Origin: an uncultured Sangeribacter sp.
Lineage (GTDB): Bacteria; Bacteroidota; Bacteroidia; Bacteroidales; Muribaculaceae
Reading direction: 5' to 3'
Length of the DNA stretch: 64,000 bases
Assembly: GCA_964537745.1 (NCBI GenBank)
Contig: CAZIAX010000001.1
Coordinates: 11,865 to 75,864 of the forward strand
In this document: positions 41,430 to 51,153 of the stretch, piece by piece
Layout: each line of letters opens with the position of its first letter
How positions within the stretch are numbered: the first letter of the stretch is position 1
The notes under the pieces: model-generated
Seen by the model: the letters and a program-made list of their open reading frames with translations, nothing else
Database searches by the model: none
Told to the model about the DNA's origin: nothing
Program-made: the position numbers and the translations under genes

Positions 41430-42821
41430 ATGATACGAAAAATATTACTGACAATTACGATCGCTGCCACGCTACAGGCTATGGCAGACGACAAAGGAGC
41501 AATCACACAGGAGATGCTCGACGGTTTTAAGGCGGGGTATGAGAACAATGCCGCTAACAGGGCTCGCCACAATGCCCTGAACGCTGCAGGGATTGAGAAA
41601 CTCGCCTATAATGAGAAAGTGCGCAACAAGTTTGACGACCACTTCTCCCATAAGGTGGAGACCAAGGGAATCACCAACCAGAAATCGTCAGGCCGTTGCT
41701 GGCTATTTACAGGTCTCAACGTGCTTCGCTCCCAAGCTATTGCGCAGCACAATCTTCCTAAACTCACTTTTTCCCAAAACTACAATTTCTTCTACGACCA
41801 GCTTGAGAAAGCCAACCTCTTCCTGCAAGGAGTAATCGACACTTCAGACCTTCCAATGGAAGACCGTCAAGTGGAATGGCTTTTCCAAAACCCTATTGCC
41901 GATGGTGGCACATTCTGTGGTGTTGTTGACATTGTTGGCAAATACGGTGTCGTTCCCACAGAAGTGATGGCAGAGACTGAAGTGGCAAACAGCACTTCTG
42001 CCTTCCGCAAGCATATGGCTACCCGGCTGCGTGAAGATGGTCTCCGCCTTCGCCAAGCAAAGGCAAAAGGGGCAGACGAAAAGACTCTACAAGAGATGAA
42101 GACCAAACAACTCGGGGAAGTCTACAAAATGCTCGCTCTCGCACTTGGCGAACCACCGACAGAATTTACATGGACCAAGCGCGACAGTAAGGGAAACGCC
42201 ATAGAGACCAAAACTTACACTCCGCAATCTTTCTATAAGGAGCTCCTGGGCAATGACCTCAAGAATGACTATGTCATGTTGATGAACGACCCTTCGCGTG
42301 AGTATTGGAAAGTATACCGCATAGACTATGACCGCCACAGTTATGACGGCAAAGACTGGACATACCTCAACGTGCCAATGAAAGACCTCAAGGAGGCAGC
42401 CATAAAGTCGATAAAAGACAGCACCGCAATGTATTTCTCTTGCGATGTAAACAAATTCTTGGATCGTGAAAAAGGAGTGCTTGACTTAGAAAACTTCGAT
42501 TATGAAGCCCTCTTCGACACAAAGTTTGGCATGGACAAGGCTGAACGCATCTCCACTTGGGCAAGTGCGTCATCACACGCTATGACGCTTTCGGGCGTTG
42601 ACCTCGACACAAAAGGAGAACCTATCAAATGGCTCATAGAAAACAGCTGGGGCACTACAGGACATGACGGCTATCTCGTCGCTACCGACGACTGGATGGA
42701 CGAATACCTTTTCCGCCTTGTAGTCGACAAAAAATATGTAAGTCCGAAGATTCTTAAAGCCATGAAGCAAGAGCCTATCACGCTCCCTTCTTGGGACCAT
42801 TTGTATTTAATGGAGAATTGA
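41430..42821 (+). CDS. pepC: Aminopeptidase C / bleomycin hydrolase (peptidase C1B), exported
   Basis: NQKSSGRCWLF, SHAMTL, ENSWG; signal peptide. Confidence 0.92.
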   Translation: MIRKILLTITIAATLQAMADDKGAITQEMLDGFKAGYENNAANRARHNALNAAGIEKLAYNEKVRNKFDDHFSHKVETKGITNQKSSGRCWLFTGLNVLRSQAIAQHNLPKLTFSQNYNFFYDQLEKANLFLQGVIDTSDLPMEDRQVEWLFQNPIADGGTFCGVVDIVGKYGVVPTEVMAETEVANSTSAFRKHMATRLREDGLRLRQAKAKGADEKTLQEMKTKQLGEVYKMLALALGEPPTEFTWTKRDSKGNAIETKTYTPQSFYKELLGNDLKNDYVMLMNDPSREYWKVYRIDYDRHSYDGKDWTYLNVPMKDLKEAAIKSIKDSTAMYFSCDVNKFLDREKGVLDLENFDYEALFDTKFGMDKAERISTWASASSHAMTLSGVDLDTKGEPIKWLIENSWGTTGHDGYLVATDDWMDEYLFRLVVDKKYVSPKILKAMKQEPITLPSWDHLYLMEN

Positions 42822-42846
42822 GTAGCATTAAATTGAGTAGCATTAT
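42817..42846. repeat. 15-bp tandem duplication spanning the convergent stop codons
   Basis: ATTGAGTAGCATTAA ATTGAGTAGCATTA(T). Confidence 0.65.
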
Positions 42847-43793
42847 AGGAATCTTCCGATGATTGAAAACGCTCCGCGCATCCCAAGCCTTGTCCAATGA
42901 TAGGCGAAACGGATGAGCGGACGTTTTTCTTTTGGCACCTCCTTCAACGCTTGTTCATACAATGGCTTCGCAAGTTCCGGATGCCCTTCCTTCGAATAGT
43001 CTGCCGCCAAGATTGCCCTGCGATAACTGATGATGTTGTGGAGCCGCAGTTGATTGCCACTTCCACTACGAGAAATGGCTTCATCAATCCCGTCAAGAGC
43101 GGATTCCCATCTACTCACCTTAGCGGAAAATGACACTCCGGATATACTCTCAGTCTGCGGATAAACTTCTGCCATTGGCGTCGATAATGCCACCACACGA
43201 GGATTGCCAAGAAGAAGCCTTGCACCAGCCTCCAAATCATCCCAACATGTATATTTGCCATTCCAGCCACCACAGCGCAACATAGCCGACCGCTTCGCAG
43301 CATATCCAAGCGTGCAGAAGATAGCATGCACCAAATGACGCTCAAGAAGATTGCCCGAGATGGAGTGGGTGAGTCTATCCCCTTCCTTGCGATGTATTAT
43401 AAGGGGCCAAGCTACTGCGTCAGCATTTGGATCTTCATCCCATGCTTTCATTATCTCCTCTAAAGCACCCGAACGCATCACATCATCAGAATCAAAAAAC
43501 ATAATTCGCTCCGTCTGCGAATGTTCGAGTCCAGTCTGGCGCGCATATGCGGCTCCTCGGCGACTCTCCTTCAGCAAGCGAAGTGTGAAACCGCGGTCCA
43601 CATGCCCTTGCTTCCAGTCTTCCACTTCTGCGTATGTAGAATCAGAGGAATCATTATCCACCACAATGACACACAGCGGACGATAGCGCTGAGCAAATAT
43701 GCTGTCCAGACACCTGCGTATAAGGTGAGCCCGGTTGTAGACCGGAACCACCACCGTCATGCATTTTTTGTCGTAATCTAATTCCTTCATCAT
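42843..43793 (-). CDS. GT2 glycosyltransferase
   Basis: VVVPVYNR, VVDNDSSD, FFDSDD. Confidence 0.88.
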   Translation of the reverse strand: MMKELDYDKKCMTVVVPVYNRAHLIRRCLDSIFAQRYRPLCVIVVDNDSSDSTYAEVEDWKQGHVDRGFTLRLLKESRRGAAYARQTGLEHSQTERIMFFDSDDVMRSGALEEIMKAWDEDPNADAVAWPLIIHRKEGDRLTHSISGNLLERHLVHAIFCTLGYAAKRSAMLRCGGWNGKYTCWDDLEAGARLLLGNPRVVALSTPMAEVYPQTESISGVSFSAKVSRWESALDGIDEAISRSGSGNQLRLHNIISYRRAILAADYSKEGHPELAKPLYEQALKEVPKEKRPLIRFAYHWTRLGMRGAFSIIGRFL

Positions 43794-43867
43794 TTTCTTA
43801 ACGCCCCATATAGCTTAAAAATTGAATTATATTTGCAAAAAAAGACAAGATTTGTTAAATTTGCAAT

Positions 43868-44857
43868 GTGAAGAAGATATCGTTGCTCATACCAGTATAT
43901 AACGAAGAGGCGTCGCTCGACGCGCTCTACGATGCACTGCGCCCGCTTCTCGACAATTCCCATCCCGGTCTCAATGGAAAGGAGTATGAATGGGAAGTGA
44001 TTCTTGTCGATGACGGAAGCAGCGACAGCTCACTAAGCAAGTTGAAGGAGCTGAATTCTACCGACTCAAGACTCCGCTACGTAAGTCTCTCAAGAAATTT
44101 TGGTAAAGAGAACGCCCTTCTCGCTGGTTTCGACAGAATGAGCGGGGATGCAATGGTGATAATGGATGCCGATCTCCAACACCCTGTGGCTACAATCCCA
44201 CAGATGATATCAGAGTGGGAAAAGGGGTTTGATGATGTCTACGGCCAACGCCTCTCACGAGGAAAGGAATCCATCTTCAGGAGACTCTTCACAAAGACCT
44301 ACTATAGTCTGCTCAATAAGAGCACACGCGTAGATGTGCTCCCCAACGTAGGAGATTTCCGTCTGCTCGACCGCAAGGTGGTAGACGCAATTCGAAATTT
44401 ACGCGAATCGCAGCGCTACACCAAAGGGCTCTATTGCTGGGTAGGATTTAAAAAGACGGGGGTTGAATTCCAGACAGCTGATAGGGCTGCCGGAGAGACT
44501 CATATGTCTGCGGCCCGACTCATAAATCTTGCATTGGAGGGAATCACGAGTTATACCACTGCCCCTCTACGCATAGCCACAGTGTTGGGATTTATCATAT
44601 CGCTGCTTTCCATCTGCTATATGATCTATATCTTCTGCAAGACACTTATATTTGGAGATCCTATCCAAGGCTTTCCGACCATCATCTGCACGATCCTCTT
44701 CCTCGGAGGATGCCAGCTTCTCGCACTCGGGATTATTGGGGAATATATCGGAAAGATTTACAATGAATCAAAACATCGTCCTGCTTACATAGTGGGCGAG
44801 GAAAGCGAGATGCCACTCGGACATCAGCAAGCTGACCATAAAGATACTGAACCATGA
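43868..44857 (+). CDS. GT2 polyprenol-phosphate glycosyltransferase (GtrB/DPM-like)
   Basis: IPVYNEE, VDDGS, SRNFGKE, MDADLQHP, GDFRLLDR, two C-terminal TM helices. Confidence 0.92.
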   Translation: MKKISLLIPVYNEEASLDALYDALRPLLDNSHPGLNGKEYEWEVILVDDGSSDSSLSKLKELNSTDSRLRYVSLSRNFGKENALLAGFDRMSGDAMVIMDADLQHPVATIPQMISEWEKGFDDVYGQRLSRGKESIFRRLFTKTYYSLLNKSTRVDVLPNVGDFRLLDRKVVDAIRNLRESQRYTKGLYCWVGFKKTGVEFQTADRAAGETHMSAARLINLALEGITSYTTAPLRIATVLGFIISLLSICYMIYIFCKTLIFGDPIQGFPTIICTILFLGGCQLLALGIIGEYIGKIYNESKHRPAYIVGEESEMPLGHQQADHKDTEP

Positions 44858-45987
44858 AGATATTGATGCTCGGCGACTATTCCAACCTCCACGCCTGCCT
44901 CGCAAAGGAGCTGCGTTCAAGAGGACATGAGGTCACTCTTGTCTCTGATCGAGGAATATACATGCAGACAGATGCGGATGTGGAATTAAAGAGGCCATCT
45001 GGATTTCTTGGAGGTGTGAGATATCTCTACAAAGTGATGGCTCATCTTGCTGACTGGAAAGGATATGATGTAGTGCAACTTATCAATCCCCAATTTCTTT
45101 CTCTCAAACCGAGCAAGCTCCGCATCATCTATGATATTCTCAAGAAAAATAATCGCTCAGTGTTTCTGACGCTATGCAGCAACGACTATTTCTTCGTCAA
45201 AGACTGCGTAGACACCGACCTCTTCAGATTTTCTGAATTCCGCATTGGTAAAGAGCTTACTCCGCTTGTCAAGTGCGACCCCCTGCGCGAAACAGGATGG
45301 CTGATTCCATCTCATGCCTCCTACACCACACATCTCTACGACACTATAGACGGAGCAATGTCGGTGCTTCCTGAGTATGACATGTCAGCTCGACAGCATA
45401 TGGACCCAAAGAAACTCGTTTTCACAAACCTTCCTATTGAATTGGAAGCCCTGGAATATACAGAAATGGATTTCGATTCTCCCGTCAAAATTCTTATTGG
45501 AATGCGGGGAAACATGGAAATTCAAAAAGGAACAGCGCGACTTCTTGACATCTGCAGAGAACTTGAGGGGGAAATGGAAGGGCACCTCGAAGTTAAAGTG
45601 GTGAAAAACCTTTCTTTAGAAAAGTATCTCGAGGAGTTGCGAAAAAGCCATATCGTAATAGACCAACTATACTCATACTCTCCGGCCACCAATGCGCTTC
45701 AGACCATGGCCTTAGGACGAATCACCGCTTCGGGCGGACAACAAGAATACTATGAGTATATCAAAGAAGCCAGTCGCCCTATCTTTTGTCTATCTCCTCT
45801 CGAAAAAGAGGAGGAAATCAAAGACCGATTGCGTAGCCTTGTACTCGACAGGGCACGCATGAAGAAAATGGCAGAGGAAGGCCGACTGCTGGCAATGAAG
45901 CACAACGACGTGCGCAATATAGCTCCCTTATTTGAAATGCATTGGGAGAACACACTAAAAGAGATTAAGCAGGATAACAATGGATAA
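44854..45987 (+). CDS. GT-B fold glycosyltransferase
   Basis: MKILMLGDYSNLH...GHEVTLVSD, KGT, IVIDQLYSY...NALQTMALG. Confidence 0.75.
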   Translation: MKILMLGDYSNLHACLAKELRSRGHEVTLVSDRGIYMQTDADVELKRPSGFLGGVRYLYKVMAHLADWKGYDVVQLINPQFLSLKPSKLRIIYDILKKNNRSVFLTLCSNDYFFVKDCVDTDLFRFSEFRIGKELTPLVKCDPLRETGWLIPSHASYTTHLYDTIDGAMSVLPEYDMSARQHMDPKKLVFTNLPIELEALEYTEMDFDSPVKILIGMRGNMEIQKGTARLLDICRELEGEMEGHLEVKVVKNLSLEKYLEELRKSHIVIDQLYSYSPATNALQTMALGRITASGGQQEYYEYIKEASRPIFCLSPLEKEEEIKDRLRSLVLDRARMKKMAEEGRLLAMKHNDVRNIAPLFEMHWENTLKEIKQDNNG

Positions 45988-46864
45988 TAATGTGACCGAC
46001 AACCAAAAGAATGCTTCCACATTGCTTCAGGTCTTGATTTGCACCTACGGCGAGGATGGCATCAAAAGGGTGGCCGCTTCCGGCCATCCCACAGTGCCTG
46101 GTGTGGAGTATCTTGTAAGCTGGCAGACCGACGGAAACACGCCTATACCTGCGACTCTTGACAGAGCAGACTTCTCAATTCATACCACCGATACCAAAGG
46201 ACTATCCGCCAACAGAAACATTGCACTCTCAATCGCCACAGCTCCCCTTCTTCTAATTGGGGATGACGATGTGGACTATTCTGAAGAAGGTCTGAGAGGA
46301 GTTCTGGACGCATTTGCAACCCATCCAGATAAGGACCTACTCACATTCAGATACGAATCACTTTCTCATTCTAAATTCTATCCCACACGCCAATGTGATC
46401 TTTCCACTCCGGAGAAAGGGTATTTCGTCACGTCTTTTGAAATTGCGCTGCGAAAAGACTCTGTAAGAGGCAAGATATGGTTTAATGAAAACTTTGGGAT
46501 TGGGAGTACTTTCCCTTCCGGTGAAGAGGATGTATTCATTCGTGAATGCCTCGATGCTGGACTTAAAGGCTTGTTTATTCCCTTGACCATAAACCGACAT
46601 GATGGAACAACCACCTCCGAGCGAAATCTCATGCTTGCAACGCGCCCCCAAACCAAGGGAGCCGTTTTCCTTCGCCTCCACCCTCATGATTGGTCTTTGA
46701 GAATGATAGCTCATGCTCTGAGGGAAATTCCACTCTGGAAGAAAGGTATCGCCCCCTCTCCTCTTTCGTATTGTCTTAACTGGATAAAAGGAGTAAAGAC
46801 AGCACGTAAAAAACGTGTATTTCCCACTCCTGACTATTCTTCAACATACCTGCCGAAGTCATGA
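45980..46864 (+). CDS. GT2 glycosyltransferase
   Basis: VLICTY, GLSANRN, LIGDDD, FNENFGIG...GEE. Confidence 0.82.
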   Translation: MDNNVTDNQKNASTLLQVLICTYGEDGIKRVAASGHPTVPGVEYLVSWQTDGNTPIPATLDRADFSIHTTDTKGLSANRNIALSIATAPLLLIGDDDVDYSEEGLRGVLDAFATHPDKDLLTFRYESLSHSKFYPTRQCDLSTPEKGYFVTSFEIALRKDSVRGKIWFNENFGIGSTFPSGEEDVFIRECLDAGLKGLFIPLTINRHDGTTTSERNLMLATRPQTKGAVFLRLHPHDWSLRMIAHALREIPLWKKGIAPSPLSYCLNWIKGVKTARKKRVFPTPDYSSTYLPKS

Positions 46865-47904
46865 ACGACAACAAAAGAAGTCAAGTAGAAGGATGCACAC
46901 CGTTTTTCTCAATCATAATACCAGTCTTCAACGCTGAAGCCTATCTTGGGGAATGCCTGGAAAGTATTCTCGCCCAAGACTTCCAAGACTGGGAAGCGGT
47001 ATTGGTAGATGATTGTTCTTCCGATCGGTCAGCTGTTATCGCTGAAGAATTCGCCAGTAAAGACACTCGAATAAAACTCTTTAAGTCAGATAATAATTCA
47101 GGAAGAGCATACATCCCCAGAATGCGGGCTGCCCATCTTGCCGGAGGCAAGTATTTGGTCACAATCGATGCTGACGACAAAGTATCCCCCGACCTTCTGA
47201 CTCAACTCTATAATAAGATCATTTCATCCGGAGCTGATTTAGTAATTCCAGAGATGTGGAAATGGGACGAATCAGGGATTAATAAGCTAATCCCCACCGA
47301 CACATTCGACAGCACTAAAATCTGGGAAGGGAAAGACCTTGTCAGCCATACACTATGTGGGTGGGACATCCCTATGTGTGGGTTCGCTATCCTACCTGAG
47401 ATTTATACAGGGGCTGACCAGAAGCTGACCGAAGAGGATAAAATATCCATCTTTTCCGATGAACTCCTTTCCCGCTGGCTTCTCTTCATGTGCCGAAAAG
47501 TCACCATGTGTGATGCTAAGTATTTTTACCGGCAGCATAGCGCATCTATAACTCATGTCAACCTCCTTCGCATCATCGACAGCACTCTTTCTACTTGCGA
47601 CAGCCTCCTCCGCATGACTTCGACAGCCTTTGGAGAAGACTCTCCGACTCATATCAAAGCCATCGAAAATAAATTCTATGCTTGTGTCGACTCCCTGCGT
47701 CTCATCAATAAGTCAAAACTTAAGGGACATCATCAGACTGAAGCCACTCAAAGAATCGCAACAGCCATGCAGTATATGGATACATCGATACTGAAAGGAA
47801 GAGTCAGCCCACGCTATCTGGCTATAATGCGTCTTCCTATGCCAATAGCAAGAATGGCCTTTAAAATTATCGACCCCATTATTCGACTTAAAAATGGCAT
47901 CTGA
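46861..47904 (+). CDS. GT2 glycosyltransferase
   Basis: SIIIPVFN, VDDCSSD, IDADD, YFYRQH. Confidence 0.88.
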   Translation: MNDNKRSQVEGCTPFFSIIIPVFNAEAYLGECLESILAQDFQDWEAVLVDDCSSDRSAVIAEEFASKDTRIKLFKSDNNSGRAYIPRMRAAHLAGGKYLVTIDADDKVSPDLLTQLYNKIISSGADLVIPEMWKWDESGINKLIPTDTFDSTKIWEGKDLVSHTLCGWDIPMCGFAILPEIYTGADQKLTEEDKISIFSDELLSRWLLFMCRKVTMCDAKYFYRQHSASITHVNLLRIIDSTLSTCDSLLRMTSTAFGEDSPTHIKAIENKFYACVDSLRLINKSKLKGHHQTEATQRIATAMQYMDTSILKGRVSPRYLAIMRLPMPIARMAFKIIDPIIRLKNGI

Positions 47905-49366
47905 AAACTCGTATAAGAATATCCTGAAGGGCACATCCATGTTTGGAGGTGTTCAGGTGTTTCAGATACTCATCAACTGGGTCAGAGGAAAATGTGTGGC
48001 TATTCTTCTTGGGCCCGACGGGATGGGTATGGCATCTCTATTCACTTCCTCTTCCAATACGATTCAGAAATTCGCTTCGCTCGGCCTCAATCTTTCTATT
48101 GTCAGGGAAATGGCAGACAATTCCCGCGATAAGGAGTCGGCCTCCCGCTTCATAGGACTCTCGCTTAAGATTCTGGCAGCGACATCCATTCTTGGTGCTC
48201 TCATATGCATTCTTTTCGCAAAGCCGCTCAGCCGACTGACATTCGGAAGCCCCGACATGTCGTGGCAATTCATGCTCCTCGGCATCGCAGTGGCTTTTGG
48301 CATCGCCGGAACGGGAATTCTATCCATTCTTCAAGGCCTGCATGAAGTCAAACGCCTCTCAAAGGCTTCTATTGTAGGGGCTCTGACCGGCCTCTTCATT
48401 GGAGTGCCGCTCTATTACTTCTATGGCAACTCGGGCATCGTCCCGGCTATGGTCGCACTCTCCATAGCTATGTTTATATTCTACTTAATTTCTCTTCGCA
48501 AGAGCATTGACTACACCCCCTTAAAGAGTTTCACCCGTGAACACTTTCCAACGATCAAACGCATGATAGGAATGGGAGTCATTCTGATGGCAAGCGACTT
48601 AATAGGGACTTCTATCACTTATGGCATCAACATCTTCATACGCACTTTGGCTTCCGACATTGAAGTTGGCCTATATCAAGCGGCAAACTCGGCAACAGCC
48701 CAATATTCAGGCATGGTTTTCACAGCCATGGCGATGGACTATTTTCCCCGACTGACAAAAGCGTCAAACGACAATACACTAATGCACTCTATTGTCAACC
48801 GCCAGACAGAGATTGTGGCTCTCATTATAGCGCCGGCTGCCTGTCTGCTCATCATAACCGCCCCGTTGGTGATACAGGTCCTCTTTACAAAAGAATTTGA
48901 CCCAATCCTGCCACTTATGAGATGGATGGGATTGGGTATAACTCTTAGGGCTCTTATGATGCCAATGGGCTACATCACCTTCGCCAAAGACAACAAGAAA
49001 GCTTTTTTCGCTCTCGAAGGACTTTTCGGCAATATCCTTACACTGCTCTTGAGTTGTCTCGGATTCTACTTTTTCGGCCTCATTGGCCTTGGCTACGCCT
49101 TCCTTGCAGATAATGCAGTTTGTCTCATAGTATACTATTTCGTAAACCATAGACTCTACGGCTACCGATTATCACGCGAGGCTTTAAAAGGAATGTCGTA
49201 TGCTGTCATTCTCGCCTCTGCCTGCTTCTCATTCTCACTTATGACGAATGCCATATATTCTTACTCGCTGATGGCCATTTCATGCACTATAGCCATCGTG
49301 TGGGGAGTAGCAAACCTCAGAAATAAACTTAAAGCATCTGATGATTCAGTCGACAAGAACGATTGA
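47894..49366 (+). CDS. wzx: Wzx-type polysaccharide flippase (WzxE-like)
   Basis: Many hydrophobic helices; AILLGPDGMG, GLYQAA, DYFPRL; GT cluster context. Confidence 0.85.
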   Translation: MASENSYKNILKGTSMFGGVQVFQILINWVRGKCVAILLGPDGMGMASLFTSSSNTIQKFASLGLNLSIVREMADNSRDKESASRFIGLSLKILAATSILGALICILFAKPLSRLTFGSPDMSWQFMLLGIAVAFGIAGTGILSILQGLHEVKRLSKASIVGALTGLFIGVPLYYFYGNSGIVPAMVALSIAMFIFYLISLRKSIDYTPLKSFTREHFPTIKRMIGMGVILMASDLIGTSITYGINIFIRTLASDIEVGLYQAANSATAQYSGMVFTAMAMDYFPRLTKASNDNTLMHSIVNRQTEIVALIIAPAACLLIITAPLVIQVLFTKEFDPILPLMRWMGLGITLRALMMPMGYITFAKDNKKAFFALEGLFGNILTLLLSCLGFYFFGLIGLGYAFLADNAVCLIVYYFVNHRLYGYRLSREALKGMSYAVILASACFSFSLMTNAIYSYSLMAISCTIAIVWGVANLRNKLKASDDSVDKND

Positions 49367-49412
49367 AGATCTCAAACCTTATAACAATATTTCCATTACA
49401 ACTGCTTTAGAT

Positions 49413-51131
49413 ATGAACATCGTAAAAAAACTAAATAAAAGTTGGACAGACGGAGAGTCTTTTTTGATGATTCTTTTCGCCACCTTATTCATTCTTTTCT
49501 TGGATTTCTCATTCTCCTTGCATTTGACACATATATCACTGCCATTCAAGATAAGTTCAGCCATTGCAGATACTTGCGTCATCATCATCCCGTGTATGTT
49601 TCTTAGAGGTAAGTGGAGAGTCATTGGTGTTTTAGCCACATGGACAGTAGGCATAATTTTGTATGCTAATATACTCTATCATAGATATTTCGAGGATCTC
49701 CTACAAGCCTCAAGTTACCTAAACGCAGACATAGGCGATCCAGCCATCACAAGCGGTGTGATATCTTCTTTCCATATATACGATATGCTTTTTCTTATCT
49801 TGCCTATTTGTCCTTTGGCTTATTTATTATGGAAGAGAAGAGAGGTGCTCCGATCTCCAATAAGAAAAAATTTGAAAATCTGCATTGCAGCCATATGCTT
49901 GATGTCGTGGAGTTTCTCATATGCCGGCGTATTCCGAAGGATGATACTTTGGCATCCTGACGAATCATATAAGAAAGTAGCAGAACTAATTTTCTCAAAG
50001 GATAGCTTGACTTGGAGAGACACCTATGAGATGCATAATTTCTCTGGATATGTAGTGAAATGCATAGTCAGCTGCTTCAATATCGGAATGGACCTGACGC
50101 CCAAGGATATTAGTGTAATCAAACGACATCTCTCTAACAACGACGGAAAGCGAGCACACTTTACAGACGATTCGCTGTCTACACTTGAAGGAAGAAATCT
50201 GATTATGATAATTGTAGAGTCTCTCCCTTTCAAGGTAATAGAAAAGCCTGAGGTTGCCAAACTCATCCCAACAATAATGAAAATTACTGCTGACTCCTCT
50301 TCGATTGTCAGTAAATGCCGCATCCTTGCCGACTACGGCAGGTCATCTGACGCACAATTCATCTACAACACGGGTCTGCTTCCGCTAAGAAACGAAGCGT
50401 TGGTAGACAATTATGCCTTCAATGATTATCCTTCAATCGCCAAGGCATTGAATCGCCAATCGATGGAAATCATCGGAGAGAACAAAGGATTATGGATGCA
50501 TTCCCTTACTACGAAAAGTTATGGATTCGACACCCTTATCGACAATATAGCCTCAAAAGGTATGGATCAGGACAGTGTTATTTTCAAGAGGGCAGAAATC
50601 GAAGTCTCAAAGTTGATTACTCCTTTCTATCTCTTCGTCACTACGATATCTATGCATGATCCCTTCGATGATCAAAAAGTCACTGACGAGTCTGCATTTC
50701 CTCACTTCAAAGTTGAAGATGAAAGAGATCGGGAATACTATGCCCGTTTGCGCCATTTTGATAGAAGCCTTGAAAGATTCCTTGCAATCCTAAAGAGTAA
50801 AGGATTATACGATGACTCTGTTATTGTAATTCTTGGTGACCATGAGATACAGGCCTCAAAGATTTCAACCAATCTTCACGATGAGTATGTGCCTTTCATT
50901 ATAATCAACTCCCCATTAAAAAGCAAAGAAGGACTCTTGACGACTCAACTTGACGTGTTTCCTTCCCTTCTCGATATGATGGGCAAGCGCTACAGCTATC
51001 TTGATGTAGAATATTCAGGATTGGGCCAAAGCATCTTCTCAGACAAAGCACAAGCTGGGGAACCTTATTTACCCACCGACTCAGATTATAATGTATCTGA
51101 GATGATAATAAAAGGAAGACCATCGATGTGA
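49413..51131 (+). CDS. LtaS/OpgB-like membrane phosphotransferase (alkaline phosphatase/sulfatase superfamily)
   Basis: N-terminal TM helices; NLIMIIVES, GRSSDAQF, TISMHDPF, ILGDH, QLDVFPSLL; start 49413 or 49341. Confidence 0.8.
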   Translation: MNIVKKLNKSWTDGESFLMILFATLFILFLDFSFSLHLTHISLPFKISSAIADTCVIIIPCMFLRGKWRVIGVLATWTVGIILYANILYHRYFEDLLQASSYLNADIGDPAITSGVISSFHIYDMLFLILPICPLAYLLWKRREVLRSPIRKNLKICIAAICLMSWSFSYAGVFRRMILWHPDESYKKVAELIFSKDSLTWRDTYEMHNFSGYVVKCIVSCFNIGMDLTPKDISVIKRHLSNNDGKRAHFTDDSLSTLEGRNLIMIIVESLPFKVIEKPEVAKLIPTIMKITADSSSIVSKCRILADYGRSSDAQFIYNTGLLPLRNEALVDNYAFNDYPSIAKALNRQSMEIIGENKGLWMHSLTTKSYGFDTLIDNIASKGMDQDSVIFKRAEIEVSKLITPFYLFVTTISMHDPFDDQKVTDESAFPHFKVEDERDREYYARLRHFDRSLERFLAILKSKGLYDDSVIVILGDHEIQASKISTNLHDEYVPFIIINSPLKSKEGLLTTQLDVFPSLLDMMGKRYSYLDVEYSGLGQSIFSDKAQAGEPYLPTDSDYNVSEMIIKGRPSM

Positions 51132-51153
51132 TGGTCTTCCTTTTATTATCATC
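51101..51153. terminator. Bidirectional terminator (perfect 24-bp inverted repeat) overlapping both stop codons
   Basis: GATGATAATAAAAGGAAGACCATC-gatgt-GATGGTCTTCCTTTTATTATCATC. Confidence 0.8.
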
